In this document: positions 1 to 12,629 of the stretch, in pieces
How positions within the stretch are numbered: the first letter of the stretch is position 1
Layout: every line of letters begins with the position of its first letter
Source of the DNA: the human T2T-CHM13v2.0 reference genome, Homo sapiens
Strand: one strand, 5' to 3'
NCBI RefSeq assembly: GCF_009914755.1
Contig: NC_060935.1
Length of the DNA stretch: 64,000 nucleotides
The notes under the pieces: generated by a model
The model's input: the letters and a program-made list of their open reading frames with translations, nothing else
Databases searched by the model: none
What the model was told of the DNA's origin: nothing
Position numbers and translations under genes: made by a program

Positions 1-566
1 AATGGATGGATGGCTCTGAAAGCCATGGGGATGATGAAATCTGCAAGGGAGAGAACATGAAATGACAAAAGAAGCAGGGTCTTTTTAAATCAACTGCCGC
101 TGGGTTTCTTCCTGCACTCCTTTAGGAAAATAAATGTGCATCACAGGGTCCAGCCACTTCAGAATATTTGTGCAACCCCAAATTTAGTAGTTAAATCTCC
201 CCAGTTAGATTGTGTGCTTCTTGCAAACAGGTAAAATTGTCTTATCCTTCTTTTGTACCCCTTCCCTCGACACCTACTTGGTGGAGTTCATGAATTGGAG
301 CTAATGAAATCAAGGTATTGGGTTGAATACCTTGGGTGGACTGCTTAATTCATGGGCCCATGCAGGGCTGCTTCCTAGACCAGTCATCTCTCAGACATTG
401 TTGATTTGGGAGAAAGTAGGGAGAGAGGAACAAGATAGGAGGTATGAATGGAAGTACCTGGCCCCATTACTGGACAGTCAATACCAAGAGAATATGCCCT
501 TTGTGGTCATCAGCTGTATCCTCTTCAGATGTGAGACACTGCTCCAAGACTGTGAATGCTACTCAC

Positions 567-707
567 TCCAGAGTGTCTTTCCTGAAAGGGGATAGTTTCC
601 ACTATCTGAGTCACAGAAGGGGCCGCTGAGCAAACCCAGTGAAGAAATGGCCACACAGTACCTGCCCCCATAGTGCCCTGTGTGTCCTAAAGCACATGGA
701 ACAGCAT
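567..707 (-). pseudogene. TM4SF-like third coding exon (TM3 and large extracellular loop), disabled
   Basis: MLFHVL*DTQGTMGAG-YC aligns residue for residue with TM4SF1 MLSSVLAALIGIAGSGYC. Acceptor is CTG instead of CAG (710-708); TAG at 689-687; 1-nt deletion before YC (661/660); second frameshift near 591-588; intact donor GA|GTGAGT. Confidence 0.88.
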
Positions 708-1914
708 CAGAAATGGGAAAGAGCCAGAAATTCAGTGCAACAATGGTGAGGGAGGTGATGGGAACTTATCTTTTTAAAGATCCATCCACTGAGTTTTCTG
801 GTAAATTGAAGAGGGCCCAAATCTTCTCTTCCAGATGCTAGACTAGGTAGGTGTCCTTGTTTTGTTTCCCAAGTAGGTAAAAATGGGGCACTAGAGCTGA
901 GAAACCCTTTGTCCCAGTTGCAATTTGAAAGAATGAAATCATCTGCTACAAAATTGTGAGCAGGAAGTGAAACTTATCCATGGTTGACTCCTGGGGCCGT
1001 GAGCCACCTGGCACATAGAAGTAAGTGTGCTGCCAGTCCTCTCATCCGCACTCATGACAGACATCAGTAATGGATTCCTGCACTCTTCCCCATCAAGCCT
1101 GGACAAGGCCTCACAGTTCTCAAAACAGAGTGGCCAATCGATCAGTACTGGAGCTCTAAATGAAGCCTATTTGCCATCCTGGTGGTGGGTGTTCAGTAAA
1201 TGTTGTATGATTGGGTGAGTAAATGAATAATTACTTACCTTACTTACCTAATGCCTGAGCCAGTGACCAAAACAGGGCCTGTATAGTGTACAAAGTCCAT
1301 AAATACTTGTTGACTGGATGGGTGAGTATGACGGTGAGGCCATGGGAAGACCAGTGACCCTTCCTGCATATTAGTGCATTGCTGAAGTGGGGCAAAGCTG
1401 AAGGACGCGTTTGCTTCAAAGCATGAGCTTTGATTCCTGACACATCCATGCTGTGTCTTTCTCACCACAGGGAGGGTTGGGGGAGCTGAATGGAATGACT
1501 CAGGCAGCTGGCCCTAGGTGATGTGGAGTCCAAGGTCTCTGGGGAGGCTCTGACTGGGGGCTGCAAGGGTTGGGGTACAGAATCTTTGGAGCAGGATGAT
1601 CTCTGGCTATTTGAGTTTTTTCTGTTCTTTAAGGGAGGAAAAAGATGTATGAACAAAAACTGTCAGAACTGTGATCAGAGACATGGGCAGTTTTATGTGC
1701 AGGAAAGAGCATGATGCTGGGAGTCAGGAGACCTAGACTGAGTCCCAGCCCTGTCAGCCACACGCTCATTCAGGGTGCCCTTATCATCTCTGGACCCCCC
1801 AGGCTCTCCACTGTTTGTCAGGATCTGTGGAGGGTCTGGAGGGGGGGGGGTCCAGAGATGATAAGATTGTCCCCAAGCAAGGAGCTTTGTAATCTACCTG
1901 GGGATGAGTAAATG

Positions 1915-2477
1915 CAGTTGACCAACAAGGATTTGAAATGCATGGGTCCACTTATATGTGAATTTTCTTCTGCCTCTATCATCCTTGAGACAACAAAACC
2001 AAACCCTCCTCTTTCTCCTCCTCCTCAGACTACTCTATGTGAAGACAAGGATGAAGACCTTTATGATGATCCATGTCCACTAAATGAATAGTAAACATAT
2101 TTCCTCTTCCTCATGATTCTTAATAGCATTTTCTTTCTCTAGTTTATTGTATGTTATGTGTGTTATATACTGTATTCATACAATAAACTAGACAAAACTA
2201 GTACAATAAACTAGTTTTGTCTAGTTTATTATATGATGTGGGTACTATATACTGTATTCTAATTGTACTTATACTGTATTCTTACAATAAGAATGCAATA
2301 TATAATAGACACAACATACAAAATATGTGTTAATTGACTATATTTTTTATTGGTAAGGCTTCTGGTCAACAGTAGGCTATTAGTAGTTAAGTTTTGGGGG
2401 AATCAAAAGTTATAGGCAAATTTCTGACTGTGAGGAGGATAGGTGCTCCAATCCCTGTGTTGTTCAAGGGTCAGCTG
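1915..2477. mobile_element. Tigger2a/MER28-like TcMar DNA transposon
   Basis: Termini CAGTTGACC... and ...TGTTCAAGGGTCAGCTG; internal GATGAAGACCTTTATGATGATCC motif. Confidence 0.8.
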
Positions 2478-3206
2478 TCATCCTAAACATGCCCTCCAGC
2501 TCTAAAATGAGAGCTATGTGAATTTGGGCAGCCACTCAGTCTCTCAGGGTTTTTCCTTTCTTGTTTGTCAAATGTGGGATACGTTTGTAGAATTTGTAGT
2601 GACATTTCCACAGGTTTCCTCTAGCAGTACCAGGTAGGAGAAAGAGCAGTAGCATGATAGGGCCATGGGCTGGAAATGAGAAATAAATACATCATGGACG
2701 AACCTTTTTTTTTTTTTCTCTTTTTATTCTTTGTGGGCCATTGAGAGGGACCATCTGTGAAAGTTTTTGACTGTACAATCTCCAATGTTCCTTCTTGCTG
2801 GAATACCAGTTTTATGATGTGTTATCTCACTGGTTACTGAGGAAATAAGAAAGCCAAGGGAGGAGAAGGTTCTAGACATCTCCACAGACAACAGAAGCAC
2901 AAACAAACAACAATACCTCAGCAGGCTGGCCTCCCAGCACTGATAAGTGTTTGGGTCCACTGCAATGACTCTCTTCAAAGCCTCCTTCCAGGCTCATTTT
3001 TCCTGGTGCCTTGTGGAGCACAGCCCATTTCTGTTGGCTAGAGTCCTGCATACACTCCTGTGCTTTAAAAGGAAGGAATTACAAGTACTAGGAGATGGTC
3101 AATAGTCTACCCTTCAAAAGAGGGAAAGCCCACAGCCTAGGAAATAAAGCCTTTTGGGGTAGATCTTGGGAGTGGTTAAAAATTCTATAGACCCCACTGT
3201 ACTTAG

Positions 3207-3272
3207 CGCACATCTGTGAAAGCAGTAGCCCTCTTTACCTCCTCTCAACAACATTAGGGAGGGCAACATTAG
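3207..3272 (-). pseudogene. TM4SF-like second coding exon (22 codons)
   Basis: LMLPSLMLLRGGKEGYCFHRCA resembles the TM4SF1/TM4SF5 exon ending in RCA/RCR. Donor reads CTAAGT instead of GTAAGT (3206-3201); no acceptor AG (GACCACA|CTA). Confidence 0.75.
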
Positions 3273-3613
3273 TGTGGTCACAAAAATGCTCTCGTAATGA
3301 AGGGGATGTGAGCTTTTTGGAGCAAAGTTTGTTTTGTTTTTATTCCTATTTAACAACGTCTAACAATTCCTCACTGTTTATGGGATAAACTCAGGCCCTG
3401 GACACAGTACATGAGCCCTCATGCCCTGGTCTTGCCCTGCTGTCAGAGTTTCACTTCTCCTTCATTGAGACCTCCTGACACACCAGCTTGTGGGCTCCCA
3501 GGATGGCCCAGGACTTTCCTGCCCGTGTGCCTTTGAATACGCTCTTCACCCTTTGCCATCAGGCAAACCACTACTCACTCTAAAAGGGCCCCATTGAGGG
3601 TGATACTATCTCC

Positions 3614-4067
3614 TGTGATAGTTTGAAAAAATGCACTCTCCTGTAAAGATATATTCATTTCCTAATCCTTGGAACTTGAGAATATTACTTTATAGGGCAA
3701 AAGATAGAATTGGGTTAGAGATCTTGAGAGGAGTTGCTTGTCTTGGGTTTATCTGGATGGGTCCTAAATGCAATGACCTGTATCCTTATGAGTGAAGCAT
3801 AAGGAGTTGTGAGGGCAGGGAGAATGTCGTGGAAAGATGGAGGCAGAGACTGGAGTGATGTGGCCACAAGCCAAGGAATGCCAGCGGCCATGAGAAGCTG
3901 GAAAGGACGAGGAACAAATTTTCCCCAGAGCACCAGAGGGAGTGTGGCCCTGCTGACACCTTGAGTTTGGACTGCTGGCCCTCAGAATTGTGAGAGAATA
4001 AATTTCTGGTGTTTTAAGCCACCAACTTTATGATAATTGGTTACAGCAGCAATAGAAAACAAATGCA
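3614..4067 (+). mobile_element. MLT1 (C/D-like) MaLR solo LTR
   Basis: GCCACAAGCCAAGGAATGCC, GAGAATAAATTTCTG...TTTAAGCCACC, ACAGCAGCAATAGAAAAC. Confidence 0.8.
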
Positions 4068-4724
4068 AATCCTCTCTGTAGCTTTCAGTGACCCCTGCCA
4101 GGCAGAACTATTAGGTCCTTCCTTCAGGTTAACCTCAACTATTGCACTGAGCACATGACATTCTCCTTTGCTCAGGTGGGCTTTGAACTCGTGGACCAGC
4201 AGATTTTACCACAGTGCCTGGCACAGAATCAGAAGCCAATGATGAGGTGATAAAATTTGTGCTCACATTTCCACAGGTTTCTTCTAGCAGTGGGGTAGGA
4301 GAAAGAGCAGAACAATAGGGCCACAGGTGAGGAACAAGAACTAACTACAATGGATGAATTGGCTTCATGAAAAAAATCACTTCCCCCTGTGTGATGGTTG
4401 GTAAATGTGTTTGCAGATGTGAACATCTGGGAAACCCCCAGTTCTCATGATGGTGAGGAAGACATATCCTTGGGCATGTATTATTGACGTGTGATTGGTG
4501 CTAAAGATGGCTGTTTCCTACTCAGGTGTGTTATTCCACCTGATAGACATTGTGCCAAACAAACTTGGACCAACCCTTAGCTAGCTGGAGAGCCCTCCCA
4601 AGCACTCCACATGCTATTTTGCAGAACTGTGGATGTGGAGCGGGGCCTCTGCTGGCATGAACTTCATGCATGCCATCTTTCCCTGTGTCTTATCTTACGT
4701 GAGTGCATGGGTCAAATAGTGGAG

Positions 4725-4960
4725 AAATGGAGAGATCACAGGCTTCAGAGTCAGATGGGTGTCTGAGTCTCAGTTCTGTCTTGCACCAGCTGTGTGGCCA
4801 TAATCTAACTACTTAATCTGCCTGGGCCTCATTTCCACACCCATAAGATGGAGATAATGATACCCTCTTCACAAAATTGTTGTGAGAAGGAAATAAACGA
4901 TTTGTGTGCAAGATTTAATACGGTCTAAACCTTTGTGAAAATGCCTGCTACAATTATTAT
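4725..4960 (+). mobile_element. MIR SINE
   Basis: Degenerate core (CTGGGCCTCATTTCC...AAGATGGAGATAATGATA). Confidence 0.6.
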
Positions 4961-5299
4961 TAAAGGGCAGTAACTGTGAATTCTGGTTTTATTCCGTCAA
5001 TCCTTAAACCATGTTAAGCATAAAGCTGATGCTAAATAAATGGCTGTGCCTGTTTTTGTCTTCAGAGTGTCCCTTGTGGCTTTTGAGATCTTGTTCTAGC
5101 TTTCCTTATATTATAAAGGGCAGCTCAATCTCCTGCCCCTTCTTCCTCTATTCAGAGTTGAGCCACTGGGGAGATTAGTGCTATACCAGGCCCCTAGCAC
5201 CTCACCTCCATTCATTCCTCAGTCCTCTGCAATCTTGTTTCCAGCCACTCCCCCAGGACTGCTCCAGCCCAGATCCACTGGACACCTTGCTGTGCACTG

Positions 5300-5890
5300 G
5301 ATGCTTTTCAGGGCCCAGCTTATGTTCCCCCTGTTGCAATTGACATTGCAGTTTCTCACTCCTTGAAACTTTCTCCTTCCTCAGCTTTCCTAATTTTCCT
5401 CTTTTCTGCTTTGCCTTTGACTTTCTAGTTATTTTTCAGTCTTCCTCACAGGCTTCTCTTCCTCTGTATACCTCAGTTTCTGATGCTTCCTAAGGTTTTA
5501 ACCTGAGTTCTTTTCACCTCTCATTCTATGCACCAGCTCCAGACACACCTTCTACTATGGAGGCTCCCATATCACCTCTCTGCAGTGCCTCTTAATCTCG
5601 TCTGTTTCCTGGTCTTCAGTCCCAGCCCAACCATCCTCTGATCCCTTGGTGTAGATGTAAACTAGAGCAAAATAGGGTCCTCTGCCCTCCCTCCAAGCTC
5701 ACCCCTGAGGTCCCTGCCTCGGAGAAAGCTACCATCATTTCCCCTAGCACCCAGGCCAGAATGCCAGAGCCAACCTGGACTGCTCCCCTTCCCCACACCC
5801 CATACGTCTTCAGGTCCTGCCAATCTGATCTTTTAACATTGCTCAAATATACCCTCCCCTCTCCACTTCCATGGCCGCTGCCTTAGTTTG
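5300..5890 (+). mobile_element. L2 LINE fragment
   Basis: Pyrimidine-rich L2-type sequence (CTCCTTGAAACTTTCTCC...). Confidence 0.55.
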
Positions 5891-7082
5891 CTTTAGCTGG
5901 GTGCCTGTCAGGGTATAGAGTGTATACTAATGACTGAATGAACTAAGAAAGGAAGGAAGAGAAAAGAGAGAGAAGGAGGAAAAGAGAAAGAGAGACTGGC
6001 TTGGTTTGTTGGATTTTATGTTATTGAGCTTCATGGCCTGGTTTGGTCCTATTTGCATTATTCCCATGTCACTCTCTGGGACAGCTGGGGGAGGTTTTGC
6101 TGGAAAGCTGGAGTGAGAGCTGGACAAGCCAGTTGGTATTAAGGGATGCTATGGAGACAGAGTGTCTGGTCCATGAGTGAGCCAGGCTGTACTCTGCATC
6201 CCTCTGGACCACAGAATATTTTTCTATGGGTCACTCTTTTTTAGTAAACACTCTGGGATTCTGCTATTAGGAAACCTACGTGACCACAAGCTGTTTGCAC
6301 TGTATTTGTTCATTTACATATTGAAAGAAGTTGGGCGGTGATGTTCTTGTAAATTCTCCAGATGATGAGAATGAGGCTTAGAAGGATTTGTGTAATTTGC
6401 TTGGCAGTGGAGCTGAGAAATGCAAATCTGTCCTTCAAAAATAGGGTGGATAAGAAGCAGGAGACAGGTGCTTGGCTGGATCCCCAGAGGTGGTAGAGCT
6501 GGTCATCTGGGCCAGGAAAGGGGACCGATGCATGTTTACTGGCCGCTGTGTGTGTGCCAGTCACTTTATGTATGTTATTTCATTCAGTGTCCTCCGCCTA
6601 GTTGTAAGATAGTTTGATTCTTTTTACTGAAGCACAGGGAAATTGCAGAGCAGGCCAGACACAGACTCATGATTTGAGCAGCGTCTGTTGGACTCCTAGG
6701 TCTGTGCTGCCTGTGAGGAAGGGCGCTGAGCTGAGACACAGACAGTTTTTCCCAAAGTTTTGCTGATTTAGATAGACTCTTGCACAGGAAGCCCCAGCCT
6801 CTGCCATGTAGGGGAGGGGCTGGTGGTCACTGGATGCAATTCGCAACATCACTGTGCCTACTAGGGTGAAGAAAAACCCAGAGGGGAGGTGGTCACCTTG
6901 TTTTAGAGAGAATTCCTTATGCCCTATCCATTTATTCACCCATTTGCTGAGCACTCAGTGCTTGGAACTGGGATTTCACACAAATAAATTGTCTTTTCGT
7001 AAGTGACCACTGGATACCTTGAAGAGGAGGAGCCAAATGAAAACAAAAGGTAGAAAGGAAGGAAAACACCCCATGCCTATCT

Positions 7083-7307
7083 CAGTGGGCAGCAAACTAT
7101 GGGCTGTGGACCAGCTCTGGCAGGTTACCTGTTTTTATAGCTAAAGCTTTGTTGGAACATAGTCATGCTCATCTGCTTATATATTTTCTATGGCTGCTTT
7201 TGCCCGGCTATGGCAAAGTTGAGCAGTTAAAAAAAAGAGACCCCATAGTCCACCAAGATGGATGTATTTACTGTCTTATCTTTTACAGAAAAGATTTGCT
7301 AACACCT
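7083..7307. mobile_element. MER58A hAT-Charlie MITE
   Basis: GCAGCAAACTATGG ... TTGGAACATAGTCATGCTCA ... TTTACAGAAAAGATTTGCTAACACCT. Confidence 0.75.
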
Positions 7308-7768
7308 TACTTGTACCTAGGAAAGCCTTGATGATAGCTACATAACTTTTTAAAGATGGTCATCTTTGATGAACCTGACAAATATCCTATTATTGTGCTT
7401 TTGATTAAAGTGTATCTTTCATGCAATTAACAACAATTTATTTATTGAGCTCTAATCTAAGCCAGGCACTTTGCTAGGCAGGCACTTAGAGGGCAAAGGT
7501 GAATGATACTTGGGCTCTGTTCTTATGGATCTCACAGCCTAATGGGGGAGCACACAAATAAATAGATGCTTGCAATACAGTGTGCCAGGTGCCAATGTGG
7601 AGTGTGTTTATTTATAGCATGTTGTGGGATACAGAGGAAGAGCAGCCGGCCATGCTCTGGGGGCACAGGTAAGGTGGCCCCCAGATGAAATTATTGCTTT
7701 GTGACTGGACAAGTCCTTAGGGACACACTTCATCTGAGGGAGGAGAAATAGATAAATCTCATTGTTAC

Positions 7769-7950
7769 CAAGAGTCTAGCTCCTATAAAGCCATGGAAAA
7801 CCCAGACCAAGTCTGTGATCTTGGCAGGCTCCAGCACCTGCCCACTGGGAAAGTATAGCAGGAGGTTGGCAATGATGACTGCGGTAGCCAAGGCCAAGCT
7901 CAGTATGCCCACGCACCTGGAGCCATTGTCAGAGCACATGTGAATCTTCC
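7769..7950 (-). pseudogene. TM4SF-like first coding exon (ATG at 7939, 57 codons; TM1 and start of TM2)
   Basis: Acceptor TTTTCTCTTTCTCTTCCAG|G at 7951/7950; open frame containing ANLLLYFP; phase-0 donor TTG|GTAACA at 7769/7768. Confidence 0.92.
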
Positions 7951-8320
7951 CTGGAAGAGAAAGAGAAAACAGCTGATACCAGGAAGCTGCCCCACTCCAG
8001 CCATTGCAGAATCAGGAGAGAGTGCTCCAACCTCACACCTGCACGAGCAATGCATCAAGCCCAGCTGTGCCACTGGTAGGCAAGATGACCTGGGAAGCCA
8101 CTTTCCTCTCTGAGCCTCAGTTTCTTCTGTCATGCAGAGAAAATACTGACCTCATGGATAGTGGTGCATAGACTAAAGAAGTCTAATAAATATGGAAGCA
8201 CCTGGCTTATAGTAGCTATCTCTTTTAAAGATTATGGGGAATCTTTTAAAGAGAGTCTACTGAACATCTACTACAGGGGGAACTGAGGTAATGTTTAGGA
8301 AATCACTGTTATTCTGGTTC

Positions 8321-8605
8321 TTTTTTTTTTTTCTGAGCTGGAGTTTTGCTCTGTGAAGTGCAGTGGCATGATTTCGGCTCACTGCAAACTCTGCCTCCCA
8401 GGTTCAAGTGATTCTCATGCCTCAGCCTCCTGAGTAGCTGGGACTACAGGCGACGCCATCACAACTGGCTAATTTTTGTATTTTCAGTAGAGATGGGGTT
8501 TCACCATGTTGGCCAGGCTGGTTTCAAACTCCTGACCTCAAATGATCTGCCGGCCTTGGCTTCCAAAAGCGCTGGGATTACAAGAATGAGCCACTGCACC
8601 TGGCC
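8321..8605 (-). mobile_element. Alu (S-like)
   Basis: Antisense Alu with TSD TATTCTGGTTCTTT. Confidence 0.95.
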
Positions 8606-9495
8606 TATTCTGGTTCTTTCCCAGAGCAATTCCCATAGTGATTATGAACTTGGCCCTGGACCACCCAAACCTGGGTCCAAACCCTGCCTCCATGTGTGAG
8701 CTTGGGCAAGTTATTTAACTTCTTTCACTTTAATTTCCTCATCTGCAAAATGGAGTTTACCATGGCACCCACCTGTGGGATTGTTTAGAGGGGGAAAATA
8801 AGAGAATGCATTAAAAAGTCTCTCGATGCTTGACAGCTGGAGAAATAAAAAGCCAAGGGAATCTGAATCATCTTGTCCTCTCATTTTATTCATGTGGAAA
8901 ATTTCCTTTCTCACTCTCTTCATCGATTGAGTGTACTGAGCCTGGAGATTTCAGAGAAGCCAGAACGGAGGCACTTGGAGAGAAGGGAAGATTTCCTATC
9001 TTGCTTTCTTCTCTGTGCTTGCTCTTTCTGAACTTAAGTCAGATTGGAGTAAAGTCAGTATTGCATTTTCTGAGTGGAGGCTGCCATGGGAGCATGAGGT
9101 GCTGGTGCTCCCTGCAAGGCTGCCCATTCACCACTCAGGTCCCTAGACATGGAGGCCTGGTGCAATGAATGGCCCTTCCCACAGGGGAAACCTGCAGTCA
9201 TTTGAAGAGCCAGGAACCTCTCTCTCTTTGGGAATAAAATGGAAAAATGTCCAGCATCAGCTTTTTATGCTCACAGAAGATTTAAAGTTATTCATGAACA
9301 ATGGTTTAAGCAGGTTGATAATGCCTGGGGTCTTATTTCTATCTAATATCCAAATTCAGGGCTGTAGAAAGCTGATGCCTGAGTGGGGTGCTGCCTGCCT
9401 CTGGCTTCTGTGGATGAAGGAGGTTGAAACTAGTGACATCATTCCCCATTATGATCACCAACAGTAGTGATAATGAAAATTTAACACTTAATGGG

Positions 9496-9903
<408 letters not shown>

Positions 9904-12177
9904 TCAGAGCAACTCAATGAGGTGATAGCTCCATAGCTTTATGAGCAAACAAGTTTATAGAAATTAAATAAGATCCCAGGGTCTCCCAGCTGATTAATGA
10001 CAGAACTGACACTCAAATGTAGGTCTGCTCATTTCCACCTCCAATTATGCCCAGTTAGGGCTTGTGATTAGAAACTGGAAGCACTGAGAATCCAGGGCTG
10101 TGGAACCTTTCAGTCTGTGAAAGGGGCTTTTCCCCCCATTCTCAGGGTTGTGCCTGGAGGGCACTTGCAAAGCCAGCAGCCTCCTGTTGCTTCCTAGATG
10201 TTCTGACTACTGCTGCAATGAATACAGCGTGCTCACTTCACTACAGGAAAACTGTAGATCTTTTCAAGAGGAAAGAGGGGATGGGTAGAGACTGGGGCCA
10301 CATTTGGAAAGGAGGACCATGCAGCCCTGAAGGTTGGCACTTAATAAAACTATGGGAAGGCAATTACTCTCATGGATGATGGCCAAGAATGTTAAGAGCT
10401 GTGAAGGAATCTGGGAAATCTAATTCCTTCATTTTCTAGGAAACATAGCCCCAAAGAGTTGAAATTATTTGTTCAAGGTTCTCTGGCTAGATAGTTAGAA
10501 ATAACAGCAAAAATAGTAACAGTTGTGCTCGCAGGTATTATCTCATTTGGTTCCTCAATAGTCTAGTGACAGAGACATCGTTATTACACCTATTTTATGC
10601 ATCTGCTGAGGAACATTCTGAGGCCCAGAGAGGCTAGGGAACTTGCCTGAGGTCACATAACTTTCAATGGGGCAGTTTTCTTTGGAGTCTGTCCAGATCC
10701 CACATCTTTTGGCCTCAACATGCTCCACAGGCAGGATAATCACAAGCCCCTCAGTTCTTTAATTATAGACTCCCTTTCATATAGTCTGCTCAGTGCTCCC
10801 CATATAATCATCTTCATATCCGTTAGATTATTATACTCTCAGTTTGAGTTTGGACAGCATGGTCACTACACTAAGGTTTTAGACCAGCTGGGAAAGTACC
10901 AGTATCCAGTACCCAGGGCCTGCAGGCACAGGCACACTGGGCAGCCTCTCCTGGGCAAAGTGTCCCCGGCAGATGGCCCAGAGGCAGTGGAGGGGGCCCT
11001 GCAGGCTGGGGTGTAGTCCCAGAGAATGCATCAGCTATCTTGGGGGTTCTGGGCAGGCTCTGGTTCCTTCTACCTTTCAGAAGGCAAGAGGTGACCACTT
11101 GAAAGACTAACAACAGTAAGTTCAACAGCAGTAAGTCCCAGGCACCCACCTTACAGGACAGTTTAAGCAACTAACCACAGCTATTTAGTCTTCCCCAAAG
11201 CCCCCTTGCGGAGGAGGCCCCTTGTCTCTTTAGAGGCTGAAACCCGAGGTCTTTCCAGGTTCCTCTGTGGCCCCTCAGTGCAAAGATTTGCCTGGGTTCT
11301 GAAGCACGGGGCTCCCTCTTCCTGTCTGGCTCTGACCTCCCTCCTGTTCTTCCCAGTGTGGAAAAAGTGGCTCAGATTCCTTCAGCAAGAGCCAACACTG
11401 CCTCCTCTGCTAGGTGTCCCAGGGCAGGGGGTCCAGCCAACTCAGCTGCAGAGGTGCTGTGTTTACTCTGGGTCACTGGGTCTCTGGGTCACTCCTGATA
11501 ACCTCAGAGGAGTTCTCCCAGTGGATGAGTTTCCACTGTGTCTGCTCCAGATGTTGGCGGCTGGGTGGGTCCCCAGCCCTGTGCAAATGTCTGTGTAAAC
11601 CACCCACACGATTGGCTTGAGAGGGCTGGAGCATCACCTTGTCATCTTTCATCTTGTCATCTTGCAGTTCCCCTGCTCAGGGTCTGGAACGGTTGATGAC
11701 TACACTTCACAACGCTGTGGGCAGTGGGGCGTCCTGGCTGGGCTTTGGTTTTCTTGTTGCATTTGGTCTCTCAACCAGCCAAGGAAGAAAAGTAGATTGT
11801 CCACGGAACCCTCTCTCCCATATCACCTGTCCCCCTGCCCCCTGAAGCTGTGATACTAGTGTTGAGTGATGGATAGAGAGCAGCCACAGTGAGCACTTTG
11901 CCAGGAGTCTGGCCACCCAATCACCCAGGGGGGTGATCCTCCGTGACTCTGCTTCCTCCTCTATCTTGGTGGCTGTGGGACAATGCCTCCTTTGTCTTTG
12001 GTCTTGCAGCAATCCTTTCCTACCCCAGAGAACATATTTTCCTTTAATCTACCAAGTTGAATGTTTTCTGTGCACTGACAATGAGTATATTGCTAAAACC
12101 TTTGAGAAAATGGAACCATGTGATTCTATAATCAGATATGTAGCTCCAGAGGCCTGGCTGTATCATACATATATAGA

Positions 12178-12468
12178 TTTTTTTTGAGATGGAGTTTCGC
12201 TCTTCTTGTCCAGGCTGAGGTACGATGACGCGATCTCAGCTCATTGCAACCTTCGCCTCCCGGATTCAAGCAATTCTCCTGCCTCAGCCTCCTGAGTAGC
12301 TGGGATTACAGGCGTGCATCACCATGCCTGGCTAATTTTTGTGGTTTTGGTAGAGATGGGATTTCTTCATGTTGGTCAGGCTGGTCTTGAACTCCTGACC
12401 TCAGGTAACCCGCCCACCTCAGCCTCCCAAAGTACTGGGATTACAGGCGTGAGCCACCGCACCTGGCC
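12178..12468 (-). mobile_element. Alu (Sq/Sp-like)
   Basis: Antisense dimer with GAGTTTCGCTCTT. Confidence 0.95.
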
Positions 12469-12629
12469 TTGTATCATAATTTTAAACTTCCTTTTTTACT
12501 GAAGTTGCTTTCCTCTGCAAGAGGTTAATGGTGTAAATCACTTCTTTTTCCATTTTGATGCCTATTGGTCAACGCAGCTCACCCAGGGTGAGCATATATT
12601 TTCTTCTTCATTCCTTTTCCTTCAGATTC

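Larger units (their letters stand above)
567..7950 (-). pseudogene. Unprocessed (intron-containing) TM4SF/L6-family pseudogene; 3 exons visible, 3' exons probably left of the window
   Basis: Reconstruction: MCSDNGSRCVGILSLALATAVIIANLLLYFPSGQVLEPAKITDLVWVFHGFIGARLL | LMLPSLMLLRGGKEGYCFHRCA | MLFHVL*DTQGTMGAG/YCVAISSLGLLSGPFCDSDSGNY/PFRKDTL. This is colinear with TM4SF1 motifs (ANILLYFP, VWFFSGIVGGGLL, KRCA, GSGYC, GLAEGPLC), with introns at the recalled family positions. Confidence 0.9.

Noticed and set aside
1-560. Search for TM4SF-like exon 4; WSRKQPCMGP near 350-385 on the - strand
   Set aside because: No convincing YL..W..C.EP..V.W motif or acceptor; the exon probably lies outside the window.
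10871-11170. ORF with a signal-peptide-like Leu stretch
   Set aside because: TTG start and no recognisable domain.
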